From: Alphaproteobacteria bacterium
GTDB lineage: Bacteria > Pseudomonadota > Alphaproteobacteria > UBA828
Length of the DNA: 64,000 nucleotides
Direction: 5' to 3'
Assembly (NCBI GenBank): GCA_965214705.1
Contig: CBDCCI010000002.1
Location: forward strand, 1,088,001-1,152,000
The stretch's first letter is position 1. The number at the start of each line of letters is the position of its first letter. Under the pieces are notes generated by a model that had not been told where the DNA came from, ran no database searches, and saw nothing but the letters and a program-made list of their open reading frames with translations. A program made the position numbers and the translations under genes. Shown piece by piece: positions 10,080 to 19,855 of this stretch.

Positions 10080-11848
10080 CCGCCAGCAAGACCGAGGTAG
10101 ATCCGATCACCCTCCAGGTGATCGGCGGCGCACTGCACACGATCGCGAAGGAGATGGGGCATGTGCTCTACCGCATGTCCTATTCGTCGATCATCCGGGA
10201 GTCGGAGGACCTGGGCGCCGGGCTCTTCGACCGCAACTTCAACACGCTCTGCGAATCCGATTCGACGCCGATGCACATCGGCTCGATCCCGGCCTACCTG
10301 CGGGGGATCGACAAAACCCTGCACGACCCGTGGCAGCCCGGCGACATCGTGATCCACAACCACCCCTATTACGGCGCGAGCCACTCTCCGGACATCGCCG
10401 CCGTGGCGCCGGTCTTCTACGAGGGCGAGCTCGTCGGCTTCTCGGCCAACACGGCGCACCACGTGGATATCGGCGCGGCCACGCCCGGCCTCATCATCGA
10501 CGTGCCGGACGTGTTCGCCGAGGGCATGCTGTTCAAGGGCGTGAAGCTCTACGAGGGCGGCGTGCTCAACCGCGCGCTCTGGCAGTTCATCGAGACCAAC
10601 ACGCGGGTCCCGAGCCAGGTGATGGGCGACATCGAGGCCCAGGTTGCCTCCGCCGAGCTGGGCGTGAAGCGCTTCGTCGAGCTGCTAGACCAGCACGGCA
10701 AGGACGTGGTGTTCGCGGCGACCGAGCAGCTCATGGACTATTCCGAGCGCATGCTGCGCCGCCAGATCGCAGCGATCCCCGACGGGGAATACCGGGCCGA
10801 AGGCTTCCTGGACGACGACGGGCGCAACCGGAAGGAGCCGCTGCCGGTCAAGGTCGCGGTGCGGATCGAGGGCGATTCGGCCGAGGTCGACCTCACCGGC
10901 TCCTCGCCGCAGGTGCCGACCGCCTTCAACGTGCCCTTCGAGGGCTCGACCAAGGTCGCCTGCTTCTTCGCCTTCCGCGCGCTGCTTCTCGATACCGCGA
11001 CGATCACCGAGCACGTGCCGCAGAACGAGGGCTCGTTCCGCCCCATCAAGGTAACCGCGCCCAAGGGCACGATCTTCAATCCCGAGTACCCGGCGGCGGC
11101 GGAGGCGCGCTTCAATCAGATCCAGCGCGTGGTGGACTGCATCGCAAAGGCGCTCTCGCCGGTGATTCCCGACAAGGTGACGGCGGGCTCGTCCGCCGAC
11201 GTCTCGGCCATCGCCTATTCGGGCGTCAGGCCCGATGGCAACTACTGGGTCTTCATCGAGGTCAACGAGGGCGCCTGCGGCGGCAGGCCTTATTCCGACG
11301 GGCCGGACACGATCGAGGAGCTGATGCGCAACACGCGCAACAACCCCATCGAGGACCTCGGCATGCACCTGCCGCTGCTGTGCGATCGCTACGAGCTGCG
11401 GGACGACGTGATGCCTGGCGCAGGCCGCCATCGCGGCGGCATCGGCGTGATCAAGGTGCAGCGCTATCTCACGCCGGGCTTTCTTACCCACGAGGCCGAC
11501 CGGCACGACGACCCGCCTTGGGGCTTTCGCGGCGGCACCACCGGCAAGGGCGGGCGCCTCATCAAGTATAACGTCGCGGACCCGGAGCGGGTCGAGGACT
11601 TGCCCGCAAAAATCCACGGGCTGCGCAACCAGACCGGCGATTGCATCGGCTTTCTGGGCCCCTGTGGGGGCGGCTACGGGGATCCGCTTGAGCGGCCGGC
11701 GGAGCAGGTGCGCGAGGACGTGCTCGACGACTTCTGCACCCGTGAACACGCCTATCAGGCGTATGGGGTTGTGCTCACCGAGGCGCTGGACGTCGACCTG
11801 GCCGCCACCGAGGCACGGCGTGCCGAGATGTCGAAGCAGGTGGCTTAG
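10076..11848 (+). CDS. Hydantoinase B/oxoprolinase family subunit (metal-binding, HyuB-like)
   Basis: SSIIRESED, HIGS, NHPYYGASHSPD, HHVDIG, GAGRHRGG, GGGYGDPLER; ATGA overlap with subunit A. Confidence 0.92.
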   Translation: MTASKTEVDPITLQVIGGALHTIAKEMGHVLYRMSYSSIIRESEDLGAGLFDRNFNTLCESDSTPMHIGSIPAYLRGIDKTLHDPWQPGDIVIHNHPYYGASHSPDIAAVAPVFYEGELVGFSANTAHHVDIGAATPGLIIDVPDVFAEGMLFKGVKLYEGGVLNRALWQFIETNTRVPSQVMGDIEAQVASAELGVKRFVELLDQHGKDVVFAATEQLMDYSERMLRRQIAAIPDGEYRAEGFLDDDGRNRKEPLPVKVAVRIEGDSAEVDLTGSSPQVPTAFNVPFEGSTKVACFFAFRALLLDTATITEHVPQNEGSFRPIKVTAPKGTIFNPEYPAAAEARFNQIQRVVDCIAKALSPVIPDKVTAGSSADVSAIAYSGVRPDGNYWVFIEVNEGACGGRPYSDGPDTIEELMRNTRNNPIEDLGMHLPLLCDRYELRDDVMPGAGRHRGGIGVIKVQRYLTPGFLTHEADRHDDPPWGFRGGTTGKGGRLIKYNVADPERVEDLPAKIHGLRNQTGDCIGFLGPCGGGYGDPLERPAEQVREDVLDDFCTREHAYQAYGVVLTEALDVDLAATEARRAEMSKQVA

Positions 11849-11863
11849 AGCGGGGAAGGTCGC

Positions 11864-12649
11864 CTAGAGGCGGAAGCGGTCGCCGAGGTAGACGCGCCGA
11901 ACCTCGTCGTGTGAGACGATGTCCGAGGGCGCGCCCTCCATCAGCACGGCGCCCTCGTTGATGATGTAGGCGCGGTCGCAGATGTCGAGCGCCTCCCGCA
12001 CGTTGTGGTCCGTCAGCAGCACGCCGATGCCGCGGTCCTTGAGGTGGGCCACGAGGTCGCGAATTTCCGCGACCGCGATCGGGTCAATTCCCGATAACGG
12101 CTCGTCCAGCAGGACGAAGCGCGGCTTCGAGGCGAGAGAGCGGGCGATCTCGACGCGCCGGCGCTCGCCGCCCGAAAGCGCGAGCGAAGGCGTGCGCCGC
12201 AGATGGGTGATCGAGAACTCCGCCAGCAGCTCGTCGAGCACGAGCTCGCGCTCGTCGCGCGCCGGCACGGAAACCTCCAGCACGGCGCGGATGTTGTTCT
12301 CGACCGTGAGCCCGCGAAAGATCGAGGCCTCCTGCGGCAGGTAGCCGAGGCCGAGGCGGGCGCGGCGGTACATGGGAAATCCCGTGATGTCGTGCCCGTC
12401 GAGGAAGACACGGCCGTAGTCCGCCGCCATCAAACCGGTCATCAGGTAGAAGCAGGTGGTCTTGCCCGCACCGTTGGGGCCGAGCAGGCCGACCGCCTCG
12501 CCGCGCTGGACCGTCAGGCTGAGGCCCCGCAGCACCGGCCGCTTCTTGAAGCTCTTTCCCAGGTTCTCGGCGCGCAGGCCCGGATTGCCGGCAAGGACGA
12601 CCGGAGTCGCCGAGCCTCCCGCGGTGCCGGCGGTAGTGGGCCGTGTCAT
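11864..12649 (-). CDS. lptB: LPS export ABC transporter ATP-binding protein
   Basis: GPNGAGKTT, GYLPQEASIFR, LSGGERRRVEIAR, LLTDHNVRE, VYLG. Confidence 0.95.
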   Translation of the reverse strand: MTRPTTAGTAGGSATPVVLAGNPGLRAENLGKSFKKRPVLRGLSLTVQRGEAVGLLGPNGAGKTTCFYLMTGLMAADYGRVFLDGHDITGFPMYRRARLGLGYLPQEASIFRGLTVENNIRAVLEVSVPARDERELVLDELLAEFSITHLRRTPSLALSGGERRRVEIARSLASKPRFVLLDEPLSGIDPIAVAEIRDLVAHLKDRGIGVLLTDHNVREALDICDRAYIINEGAVLMEGAPSDIVSHDEVRRVYLGDRFRL

Positions 12650-12678
12650 GCGGCGATCACCTCTACGCCCTGCACGCG

Positions 12679-13263
12679 TTACTCTCCTCGGTCCTCGGGC
12701 ACGAACAGGCCTTGCACGCGCGTGCTGCCGCCGGAGACCCGGCTGACCCCGGATTCCAGGTCCATCGTCAGCGTCTCACCCCTGACGATGTTGTTGCCCC
12801 GATTCAGGACCACGCCGCCGGCGAGATCGATGCGGCCGTTCTCGACGTCATAGACGCCGCGCTGACCCTGTGCCGTCTCGTCCGGCGACGAGACGACGAC
12901 ACTGCCCTCGGCATCGATGCGCGAAACTCCCAGATTGCCTTGGCCGCCCTCGACATCGCGGTAGTAGACGGTGAGCATGTCCGCGTTAAGCACCATCTCG
13001 CCCTGAACGGCCTTCACATCACCCTCGAAGATTGCGACGTTCTCCGACTGACGCACTTCGAGTGTATCCGCGGTGATTTCGATCGCCTGGCTGGCCTCGT
13101 TTGTACCGCCCGCTGCGTCGTCCGAGTCCTGTGCCGCTCCCACCCCAGCCAGCATGACCGCGGCTGCGAGAGTGGACGCGAGCAGACCGAGCCGCCACGG
13201 TCGCCACGCCGATCCCTGCCGGCTAACCCCGGCCTTCATCGCCTTGCTTCCCCAAAGCGTCAT
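12679..13263 (-). CDS. lptA: LPS transport periplasmic protein
   Basis: Signal peptide, IEITADTLEV, OstA-like beta-jellyroll, RVQGLFVP; located between lptC and lptB. GGAGG RBS precedes ATG 13263. Confidence 0.88.
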   Translation of the reverse strand: MTLWGSKAMKAGVSRQGSAWRPWRLGLLASTLAAAVMLAGVGAAQDSDDAAGGTNEASQAIEITADTLEVRQSENVAIFEGDVKAVQGEMVLNADMLTVYYRDVEGGQGNLGVSRIDAEGSVVVSSPDETAQGQRGVYDVENGRIDLAGGVVLNRGNNIVRGETLTMDLESGVSRVSGGSTRVQGLFVPEDRGE

Positions 13264-13951
13264 CGCTTCCTCCCAGCGCATCCGGGTACAGGGTCATCCG
13301 CACCCGGCCACCGAAGGTCATGACCTCTCCCCGGTCCCGGAGCGCGAAGTTGCCGGCGTCCAGCAGCCCGTGTGGGCCCGTGCCGCTCACCGGCTCGTCG
13401 CCCTTCGCGGTTCCCGCCGGCAGGTCGACATGGGCCTTCGAGGTGCGGAACTCGTGACCCGCGTCGGAGCGAACCGTCACGTCGCCGCTCAGGTCCAGCC
13501 GCTCGGCGTCGCGTTGGTAGATGCCCTCGTTCGCCGTCAGCGCCAGCAGGCCGCTCCGTGCCGGATCGCCGAAAATATCGGCCTCGATCTCGCTGAGATG
13601 CACGATCGGCGAATCGCGTTCCGGCTGGAACGCCTCCGCTCCCCTCACGGCGAAAGGCCGGTTCTTCGCATCGGTTCCCTGATAGCTGGCATTGACCATC
13701 GTCAGGCGGCCGTCGATTTCGGGATCCTCGGTCAGGGGAATGTGGACGCCTTCCTCCCCGCCGCTCACCAGTGGCCATGCCACGACGAGGCCGAGGAGAG
13801 CCGCGGCCATCGCCGGCAGCAGGTAGCGCATGAGGCCGACGAAGCCGCTGTAGCGGCCGGGGCGCGCCACGTCACCGCCATCCGCACGGTAGTGCCGGAG
13901 CCGGCCTGACGGCGCGGTATCGCTCGGCCCTCTGCCCGGTCCCGCGCTCAT
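13223..13951 (-). CDS. lptC: LPS export ABC transporter periplasmic protein
   Basis: YSGFV..MR..LP TM anchor, beta-rich periplasmic domain, F.GRVRMTLYP; position in kdsD-lptC-lptA-lptB. Confidence 0.85.
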   Translation of the reverse strand: MSAGPGRGPSDTAPSGRLRHYRADGGDVARPGRYSGFVGLMRYLLPAMAAALLGLVVAWPLVSGGEEGVHIPLTEDPEIDGRLTMVNASYQGTDAKNRPFAVRGAEAFQPERDSPIVHLSEIEADIFGDPARSGLLALTANEGIYQRDAERLDLSGDVTVRSDAGHEFRTSKAHVDLPAGTAKGDEPVSGTGPHGLLDAGNFALRDRGEVMTFGGRVRMTLYPDALGGSDDALGKQGDEGRG

Positions 13952-14940
13952 GCCAGGCCCGCCCGCAGGCAGTCGTGGATATGCACCGCGCCGATGGGCC
14001 GCTCCCCTTCGATTACGAAGAGGCTGGTGATCTGGCGCTGGTTCATGAGGTGCACGGCCTCCGCGCCGAGCGCTCCGGCATGAATCGTTACCGGATCGCG
14101 CGTCATGAGCTCGGAGACCGGCTTCTGCAGGAGGCCGGCGTCCATGTGGCGTCTGAGATCGCCGTCGGTCACGATGCCGACCAGCGCGCCGCGCGCGTCG
14201 GTCGCGCCGACGCAGCCGAGGCGCTTCGCCGTCATCACGATGAGCGCCTCCGCCATCGCCGTTTCGGCGGGAACGAGCGGCAGAGCGTCACCCGCATGCA
14301 TGATGTCGGCGACCCGGACCAGCCGCCGGCCGAGCTTGCCTCCGGGGTGATAGAGGCTGAAGTCCTCGGCCGTGAGACCCTTGCGCTCCAGCAAGGCAAC
14401 CGCAAGCGCATCGCCCAGCGCCAGCATCATGACGGTGGACGTCGTCGGCGCCAGTCCCAGTGTGCCGGCTTCCGGCTCGTCGGGCAGGACGAGCGCGACG
14501 CTGGCCGCATCGGCCAGCGTGCTCGGCGCCCGGCCCACGATGGCGATGAGCGGGATGTGGAAGCGTGTGGCGTAATTGACGAGATCGGCGAGTTCCGGCG
14601 TCTCGCCCGAGTTCGAGAGCATTAGCAGCGCGTCCGCCTCGGTGATCATGCCGAGGTCGCCGTGGCTCGCCTCCGCCGGGTGGACGAAGAGCGCCGGCGC
14701 CCCGGTCGAGGCGAAGGTTGCCGCGATCTTGTTGGCGATGTGGCCGCTCTTGCCCATGCCGGAGAGCACGATCCGCCCCCGCGTGGCGGCCAGCAGCTCC
14801 GTCGCCTCGACGAATCGGCCGGTCAGCGCCTCGGCGAGCCGCGCGAGCGCGCGCGACTCCTGGGCTACCACCCGGCGTGCGGCGGCAAGGTCGTCATGCT
14901 CGATCACGTCGAGCGCGGCGGATGCAGCGGTCGGACTCAC
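13948..14940 (-). CDS. kdsD: KpsF/GutQ family arabinose-5-phosphate isomerase
   Basis: GMGKSGHI, HPAEASHGDLG, SNSGET, APTTST, HPGGKLG, CBS pair (TDGDLRR). Confidence 0.93.
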   Translation of the reverse strand: MSPTAASAALDVIEHDDLAAARRVVAQESRALARLAEALTGRFVEATELLAATRGRIVLSGMGKSGHIANKIAATFASTGAPALFVHPAEASHGDLGMITEADALLMLSNSGETPELADLVNYATRFHIPLIAIVGRAPSTLADAASVALVLPDEPEAGTLGLAPTTSTVMMLALGDALAVALLERKGLTAEDFSLYHPGGKLGRRLVRVADIMHAGDALPLVPAETAMAEALIVMTAKRLGCVGATDARGALVGIVTDGDLRRHMDAGLLQKPVSELMTRDPVTIHAGALGAEAVHLMNQRQITSLFVIEGERPIGAVHIHDCLRAGLA

Positions 14941-15123
14941 TGAATTCGAATTTTGTTCAAATCAAGGCAAGCATGATGCGGGCGCGGCCTCACGTCAATG
15001 TATTGTGCCGGTCTTGTGGTCGTTCAACGGAGGACAACGCAACATATTGTATGCCGAAGGCGGCATGGCGGTTGGTCGCACGTGGCACCCGGTGCGCACG
15101 GCGACTCGATCGGTCGGCATTCC

Positions 15124-15151
15124 TTGACCCGGTGGCGGGCGGGCCTATCCT
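15124..15151 (+). promoter_or_regulatory. Putative sigma70 promoter of bioB-bioA
   Basis: TTGACC-N16-TATCCT about 30 nt upstream of the bioB ATG. Confidence 0.4.
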
Positions 15152-15181
15152 GCGCCGGTCGAGGGCCGGAGACCAGCGATC

Positions 15182-16177
15182 ATGGAAACAGTCGAGGCGA
15201 TCGGCGCGGACGCGCCGCCGAGGGCTGCGCCCGCGCTCAGGCATGACTGGTCCGCGGCGGAGGTCGAGGCGCTGCTGGCGCTGCCCTTCGCCGAGCTGAT
15301 GTTCCGCGCGCAGACCGCCCATCGCCGCCACTTCGACCCGAACCAGGTGCAAATGTCGACGCTCTTGAGCATCAAGACCGGCGGCTGCCCCGAAGACTGC
15401 GCCTACTGCCCGCAGAGCGCGCGCTACGACACCGGGCTCGAAGCGGGCAAGCTGATGTCTCGCGACGAGGTGCTGGCCGAGGCCCGGCGCGCGCGGGATG
15501 CCGGCGCCACCCGCTACTGCATGGGCGCCGCCTGGCGCAGCCCAAAGGACCGCGACCTAGATGCGGTGGCCGAGATGGTTTCGGGCGTCAAGGCGCTCGG
15601 CATGGAGACCTGCGTCACCCTCGGCATGCTGAGCGCACCCCAGGCGGCCCGCCTCGCCGATGCCGGCCTCGACTACTACAACCACAACCTCGACACCTCC
15701 GAATCCTTCTACGGCGAGATCATCACCACGCGCACCTACCAGGACCGGCTCGAGACCCTGGGCCATGTGCGCGATGCCGGCATCAACGTCTGCTGCGGCG
15801 GCATCGTCGGCATGGGCGAGTCGCGCCGCGACCGCGCGGACATGATCGCGACGCTTGCGAGCCTTCCGTGCCATCCCGAGAGCGTGCCCATCAACATGCT
15901 GGTGCAGGTCGAGGGTACGCCGCTCAACGGCACGGACGCGCTCGATCCCTTCGAGTTCGTGCGCACGGTAGCGGTGGCGCGCATCACCATGCCGGGCTCG
16001 GTGGTGCGGCTCTCCGCCGGGCGCGAGCAGATGTCGGACGAGATGCAGGCGCTGGCATTCCTCGCCGGCGCCAACTCGGTGTTCGTCGGGCCCGAGCTGC
16101 TCACGACGCCCAATCCCGGCCGCGAACGCGACACGCAACTCTTCGCCCGCCTCGGCATCGCGCCGATGCCGGCCTAG
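15182..16177 (+). CDS. bioB: Biotin synthase (radical SAM)
   Basis: [44 protein letters not shown]. Confidence 0.97.
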   Translation: METVEAIGADAPPRAAPALRHDWSAAEVEALLALPFAELMFRAQTAHRRHFDPNQVQMSTLLSIKTGGCPEDCAYCPQSARYDTGLEAGKLMSRDEVLAEARRARDAGATRYCMGAAWRSPKDRDLDAVAEMVSGVKALGMETCVTLGMLSAPQAARLADAGLDYYNHNLDTSESFYGEIITTRTYQDRLETLGHVRDAGINVCCGGIVGMGESRRDRADMIATLASLPCHPESVPINMLVQVEGTPLNGTDALDPFEFVRTVAVARITMPGSVVRLSAGREQMSDEMQALAFLAGANSVFVGPELLTTPNPGRERDTQLFARLGIAPMPA

Positions 16178-16225
16178 GCCGCGGGCGGGCTATCGCTCGC
16201 CGTTGCGCGCCGCACCCCCGATGAC

Positions 16226-17509
16226 ATGACCGTGCCGTCGGCGCCCGACTGGCTCACCGAGGGCTACGGCCACGTCTGGCTGCCCTACACCCAGATGGCG
16301 AGCGTGCCGCCGCCGCTGCCGGTGGCCGAGACCAGGGGCACGCGCATCGTCCTCACCGATGGCCGCGAGCTGGTCGACGGCATCGCGTCGTGGTGGACCG
16401 CCTGCCACGGCTACAACCACCCTCACATCCGCGCCGCCGTTGCCGAGCAGCTGGAGCGCATGCCCCACGTCATGTTCGGCGGCCTTGCCAACGAGCCTGC
16501 GCTCAGGCTGGCACGCCGGTTGGCTGGGATGCTCCCCGATCCGCTCAGCCGGGTGTTCTTCTCGGAGTCGGGCTCGGTGGCGGTGGAGATCGCGCTCAAG
16601 ATGGCGCTGCAGTACTGGCTCAACCAGGGGGTGCGTGGGCGCCACCGCTTCGTGAGCTTCCAGGGCGCCTACCACGGCGACACCTTCGCCGCGATGTCGG
16701 TGTGCGACCCCGAGGAGGGCATGCACAGCCTGTTCGCGGGCGCCCTGCCCGAGCAGCACGTCGTGCCCCTGCCCCGGGATGAAGCGGGCATTGCCGCCTT
16801 CGACGCCTACCTCGCCCGCAACGGGGAGGACGTAGCGGCGGTCATCGTCGAGCCGCTGGTCCAGGGCGCGGGCGGGATGCGCTTCCACGCGCCCGAAACG
16901 TTGCGCGCGCTGCGCACGGCCTGCGACAGGCACGGCCTGCTGCTCATCGCCGACGAGATCATGACCGGGTTCGGCCGTACCGGCACGCTCTTCGCCTGCG
17001 AGCAGGCGGACGTGGTGCCGGACATCGTCACCCTTTCCAAGGCGCTCACCGGCGGCACCATGGCGCTGGCCGCGACCGTGGCGAGCGAGCAGGTGTTCGA
17101 GGCCTTCCTGTCGGACGACCCCGACGCCGCGCTCATGCACGGGCCGACCTTCATGGCCAATCCCCTGGCCTGCGCCGCCGCCAACGCCTCCCTCGACCTG
17201 TTCGAGCGCGAGCCCCGGCTCGCCCAGGCGCGCGCCATCGAAGCCCACCTTACCGCCGCGCTGGAGCCCGCGCGGGGGCTGCCCGGCGTGGTCGACGTCC
17301 GGACGCGAGGCGCGATCGGCGTCATCCAGCTCGACGACATGAGCCGCATCGACTGGCTCAAGGCCCGGTTCGTCGACGCCGGCGTCTGGGTCCGGCCCTT
17401 CGGCGATATCGTCTACGTGACCCCCGCGCTCACCATCGACGAGGCCGACCTCACCCGCCTCACGGACGCGCTGATCGACGTCGTCACGGCGTGGTCAAGG
17501 GAGCGTTGA
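16226..17509 (+). CDS. bioA: Adenosylmethionine-8-amino-7-oxononanoate transaminase
   Basis: WLPYTQM, SWWTACHGY, SGSVAVEIALKMA, YHGDT, DEIMTGFGRTG, SKALTGG, HGPTFMANPLACA. Confidence 0.96.
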   Translation: MTVPSAPDWLTEGYGHVWLPYTQMASVPPPLPVAETRGTRIVLTDGRELVDGIASWWTACHGYNHPHIRAAVAEQLERMPHVMFGGLANEPALRLARRLAGMLPDPLSRVFFSESGSVAVEIALKMALQYWLNQGVRGRHRFVSFQGAYHGDTFAAMSVCDPEEGMHSLFAGALPEQHVVPLPRDEAGIAAFDAYLARNGEDVAAVIVEPLVQGAGGMRFHAPETLRALRTACDRHGLLLIADEIMTGFGRTGTLFACEQADVVPDIVTLSKALTGGTMALAATVASEQVFEAFLSDDPDAALMHGPTFMANPLACAAANASLDLFEREPRLAQARAIEAHLTAALEPARGLPGVVDVRTRGAIGVIQLDDMSRIDWLKARFVDAGVWVRPFGDIVYVTPALTIDEADLTRLTDALIDVVTAWSRER

Positions 17510-17521
17510 CGCGCCCAAGCC

Positions 17522-19114
17522 TCAGTCGAACACGACCGACGGCAGCCAGGTGGTGAGCTCGGGAAACAGGCCGAGCACGGCAAGCGCGCCAAGCTGGATG
17601 ATGACGAAGGGGATGACGCCCCGGTAGATCTCACCGGTGCGCACCGTTCGCGGCGCCACCCCACGCAGGTAGAACAGCGAGAAGCCGAAGGGCGGGGTCA
17701 GGAACGAGGTCTGCAGGTTCACCGCCATCATGATGCCGAGCCAGATCGGGTTGATGTCCATCTGCAGCAGCACCGGCGCGATGATCGGCACCACCACGAA
17801 GGTGATCTCGATAAAGTCGAGGAAGAAGCCCAGCGCGAACATGATCAGCATGACCACGAGCATCGCGCCGATGACGCCGCCGGGAACGTTCGAGAGCGCC
17901 TGGTGAACCATCTCGTCGCCGCCGAGGCCGCGGAACACCAGCGAGAACATGGCGGCGCCTATCAGGATGACGAAGACCATGGCGCTGATCTGCATGGTCG
18001 AGCGCATGACCGGCACGAGCACGCCGGCGCGCCAGACCCGCCAGAGGCTCGTCCAGATCCCGTAGACGAGAAGCCCGCAGCAAATGAAGGCGACGACGGC
18101 CGGCGCACCGATGCCGGCCCGCGTGATTACGAGGTCGAACTGCCCGGCGAGGATCATCATCAGGATCAAGGCGCCGCCCGCGAGATAGAGCGGGGCGCCG
18201 CCGATGCTGCGCTCGAGCCTGGTGCCGCCTTCCGGCGCGAGCCGGGCGCCCGCGAGGATCAGCGAGCCCACGGCGCCCACCGCGGCAGCCTCGGTCGGGG
18301 TCGCGATGCCGCCAAGGATGGAACCCAGAACCGCGATGATGAGCACGATCGGCGGCACCAGCGCGCGGCCGGTGCGCCGCCACACCTCGCGCCAGTCTCC
18401 GCCCAGCTCGCCGCGCGGAATCGCCGGGGCCGCTGCCGGCCTTAGCCAGGCGACGACCATCAGATAGAGCATGTAGAGCCCGACCAGCACCATGCCGGGC
18501 AGCAGGGCGCCGGCGAAGAGGTCGCCCACCGAGACCGGCTCCGGCGACCAGTTGCCGATGGCGCGCTGGGCATCGACGTAGGCGTTGGAGATCTGCTCCC
18601 CGAGGATCACCAGAACGATGGAGGGCGGGATGATCTGGCCCAAGGTGCCGGAGGCGCAGATCGTCCCGGTCGCGAGCTTGGGGTCGTAGCCGCGCCTGAG
18701 CATCGTCGGCAGCGAGAGCAGGCCCATGGTCACGACCGTGGCGCCCACGATCCCGGTGGAGGCGGCGAGCAGCGCGCCGACGGCAATTACCGAGAGCCCG
18801 ATGCCGCCGCGAAGGCCGCCGAAGAGCCGCCCCATGGCCTCCAACAGCTCTTCCGCCACCTTCGAGCGTTCCAGCATCACGCCCATGAAGATGAAGAGCG
18901 GCACGGCGATCAGCACCTCGTTCCACATCGCGTTGCCGAAGATGCGCTGCGGCATGGCGCGCAAGAAGCTGATGTCGAAGACGCCGAAGGCGTAGGAGAA
19001 GAGCCCGAACAGCGCGGCCACGCCCGAGAGCGTGAAGGCGACCGGGAAGCCGGCCAGAAGGCAGGCGAAGGTCGTCACGAACATGACGATGACCAGGACT
19101 TCGCCGATGGGCAT
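17522..19114 (-). CDS. TRAP transporter large permease subunit (DctM family)
   Basis: AVPLFIFMG, STGIVGA, SGTLGQIIPPS, TPTEAAAVG, NLQTSFLTPPFG. Confidence 0.93.
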   Translation of the reverse strand: MPIGEVLVIVMFVTTFACLLAGFPVAFTLSGVAALFGLFSYAFGVFDISFLRAMPQRIFGNAMWNEVLIAVPLFIFMGVMLERSKVAEELLEAMGRLFGGLRGGIGLSVIAVGALLAASTGIVGATVVTMGLLSLPTMLRRGYDPKLATGTICASGTLGQIIPPSIVLVILGEQISNAYVDAQRAIGNWSPEPVSVGDLFAGALLPGMVLVGLYMLYLMVVAWLRPAAAPAIPRGELGGDWREVWRRTGRALVPPIVLIIAVLGSILGGIATPTEAAAVGAVGSLILAGARLAPEGGTRLERSIGGAPLYLAGGALILMMILAGQFDLVITRAGIGAPAVVAFICCGLLVYGIWTSLWRVWRAGVLVPVMRSTMQISAMVFVILIGAAMFSLVFRGLGGDEMVHQALSNVPGGVIGAMLVVMLIMFALGFFLDFIEITFVVVPIIAPVLLQMDINPIWLGIMMAVNLQTSFLTPPFGFSLFYLRGVAPRTVRTGEIYRGVIPFVIIQLGALAVLGLFPELTTWLPSVVFD

Positions 19115-19120
19115 GGCGTA

Positions 19121-19684
19121 TCAGGCGGTCCCGCCGCCGGCTTCTGCGATGTCGTCGTGGCTTGCCTGGCGGCCGGCAAGAGTCAGCAACGCGTGAAACG
19201 CGAGGGAGAGTCCCTGAAAGGCGATCAGCACAACGAACGCGAGAATCATCGACTTCAGCGTATAGATCGCCGGAATGCCGCTGGTTTCCGCCGAGCTTTC
19301 GAACACCGACCAGGACTGCTCCACATAGGGCCAGCTCGCCCAGCCGATGATCACGCAAACCGGCATCAGAAAGAGAATCACGCCCAGAAGATCGATGAGC
19401 GCGCGCCGGCGCGGGCGCGCATCGCGGTAGAAGATATCGACGCGGACGTGACCGCCGTGGAGCAGCGTGTAGCCCGCACCAACCAGAAAGAGGGTGGCGT
19501 GGAGGTAGATCACCCCCTCCTGCATCGCGATGAAGCCCCACCCGAAGATGTAGCGCATCACCACGACGACGAACTGGAGGAGCACCATGAGGAGCGCGAG
19601 CCACGACGCGACGCGGCCGACGTGCTCGTTGACCACGTCGATTGCGCGTGTGAGCGCGGCTATTACGGAGAGAGACGCCTGCAT
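19121..19684 (-). CDS. TRAP transporter small permease subunit (DctQ family)
   Basis: Four TM segments, VVMRY.F, HVRVDIFY, E.S.ETSG.P. Confidence 0.92.
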   Translation of the reverse strand: MQASLSVIAALTRAIDVVNEHVGRVASWLALLMVLLQFVVVVMRYIFGWGFIAMQEGVIYLHATLFLVGAGYTLLHGGHVRVDIFYRDARPRRRALIDLLGVILFLMPVCVIIGWASWPYVEQSWSVFESSAETSGIPAIYTLKSMILAFVVLIAFQGLSLAFHALLTLAGRQASHDDIAEAGGGTA

Positions 19685-19806
19685 CTCATGTCAGCCGGCC
19701 GGCGCTCCTTTCAGGCGGCCAGCGCTCAGGCGCGGCGGCGGCCCTCATGCCCGCCTCTCCGACGCCCCGCAGCGGCGCCGGGCTATTTCCGTTGCGACGG
19801 CAACGG

Positions 19807-19835
19807 TCGGGGCGGGCTTGCACCGCCCGCCCCGA
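19807..19835 (-). terminator. Intercistronic stem-loop after the TRAP substrate-binding gene (terminator or mRNA stabiliser)
   Basis: Perfect 11-bp inverted repeat TCGGGGCGGGC-N7-GCCCGCCCCGA about 20 nt past the dctP stop; no clear U-tract. Confidence 0.5.
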
Positions 19836-19855
19836 ACGCACGCCTAGCCGGCGTA

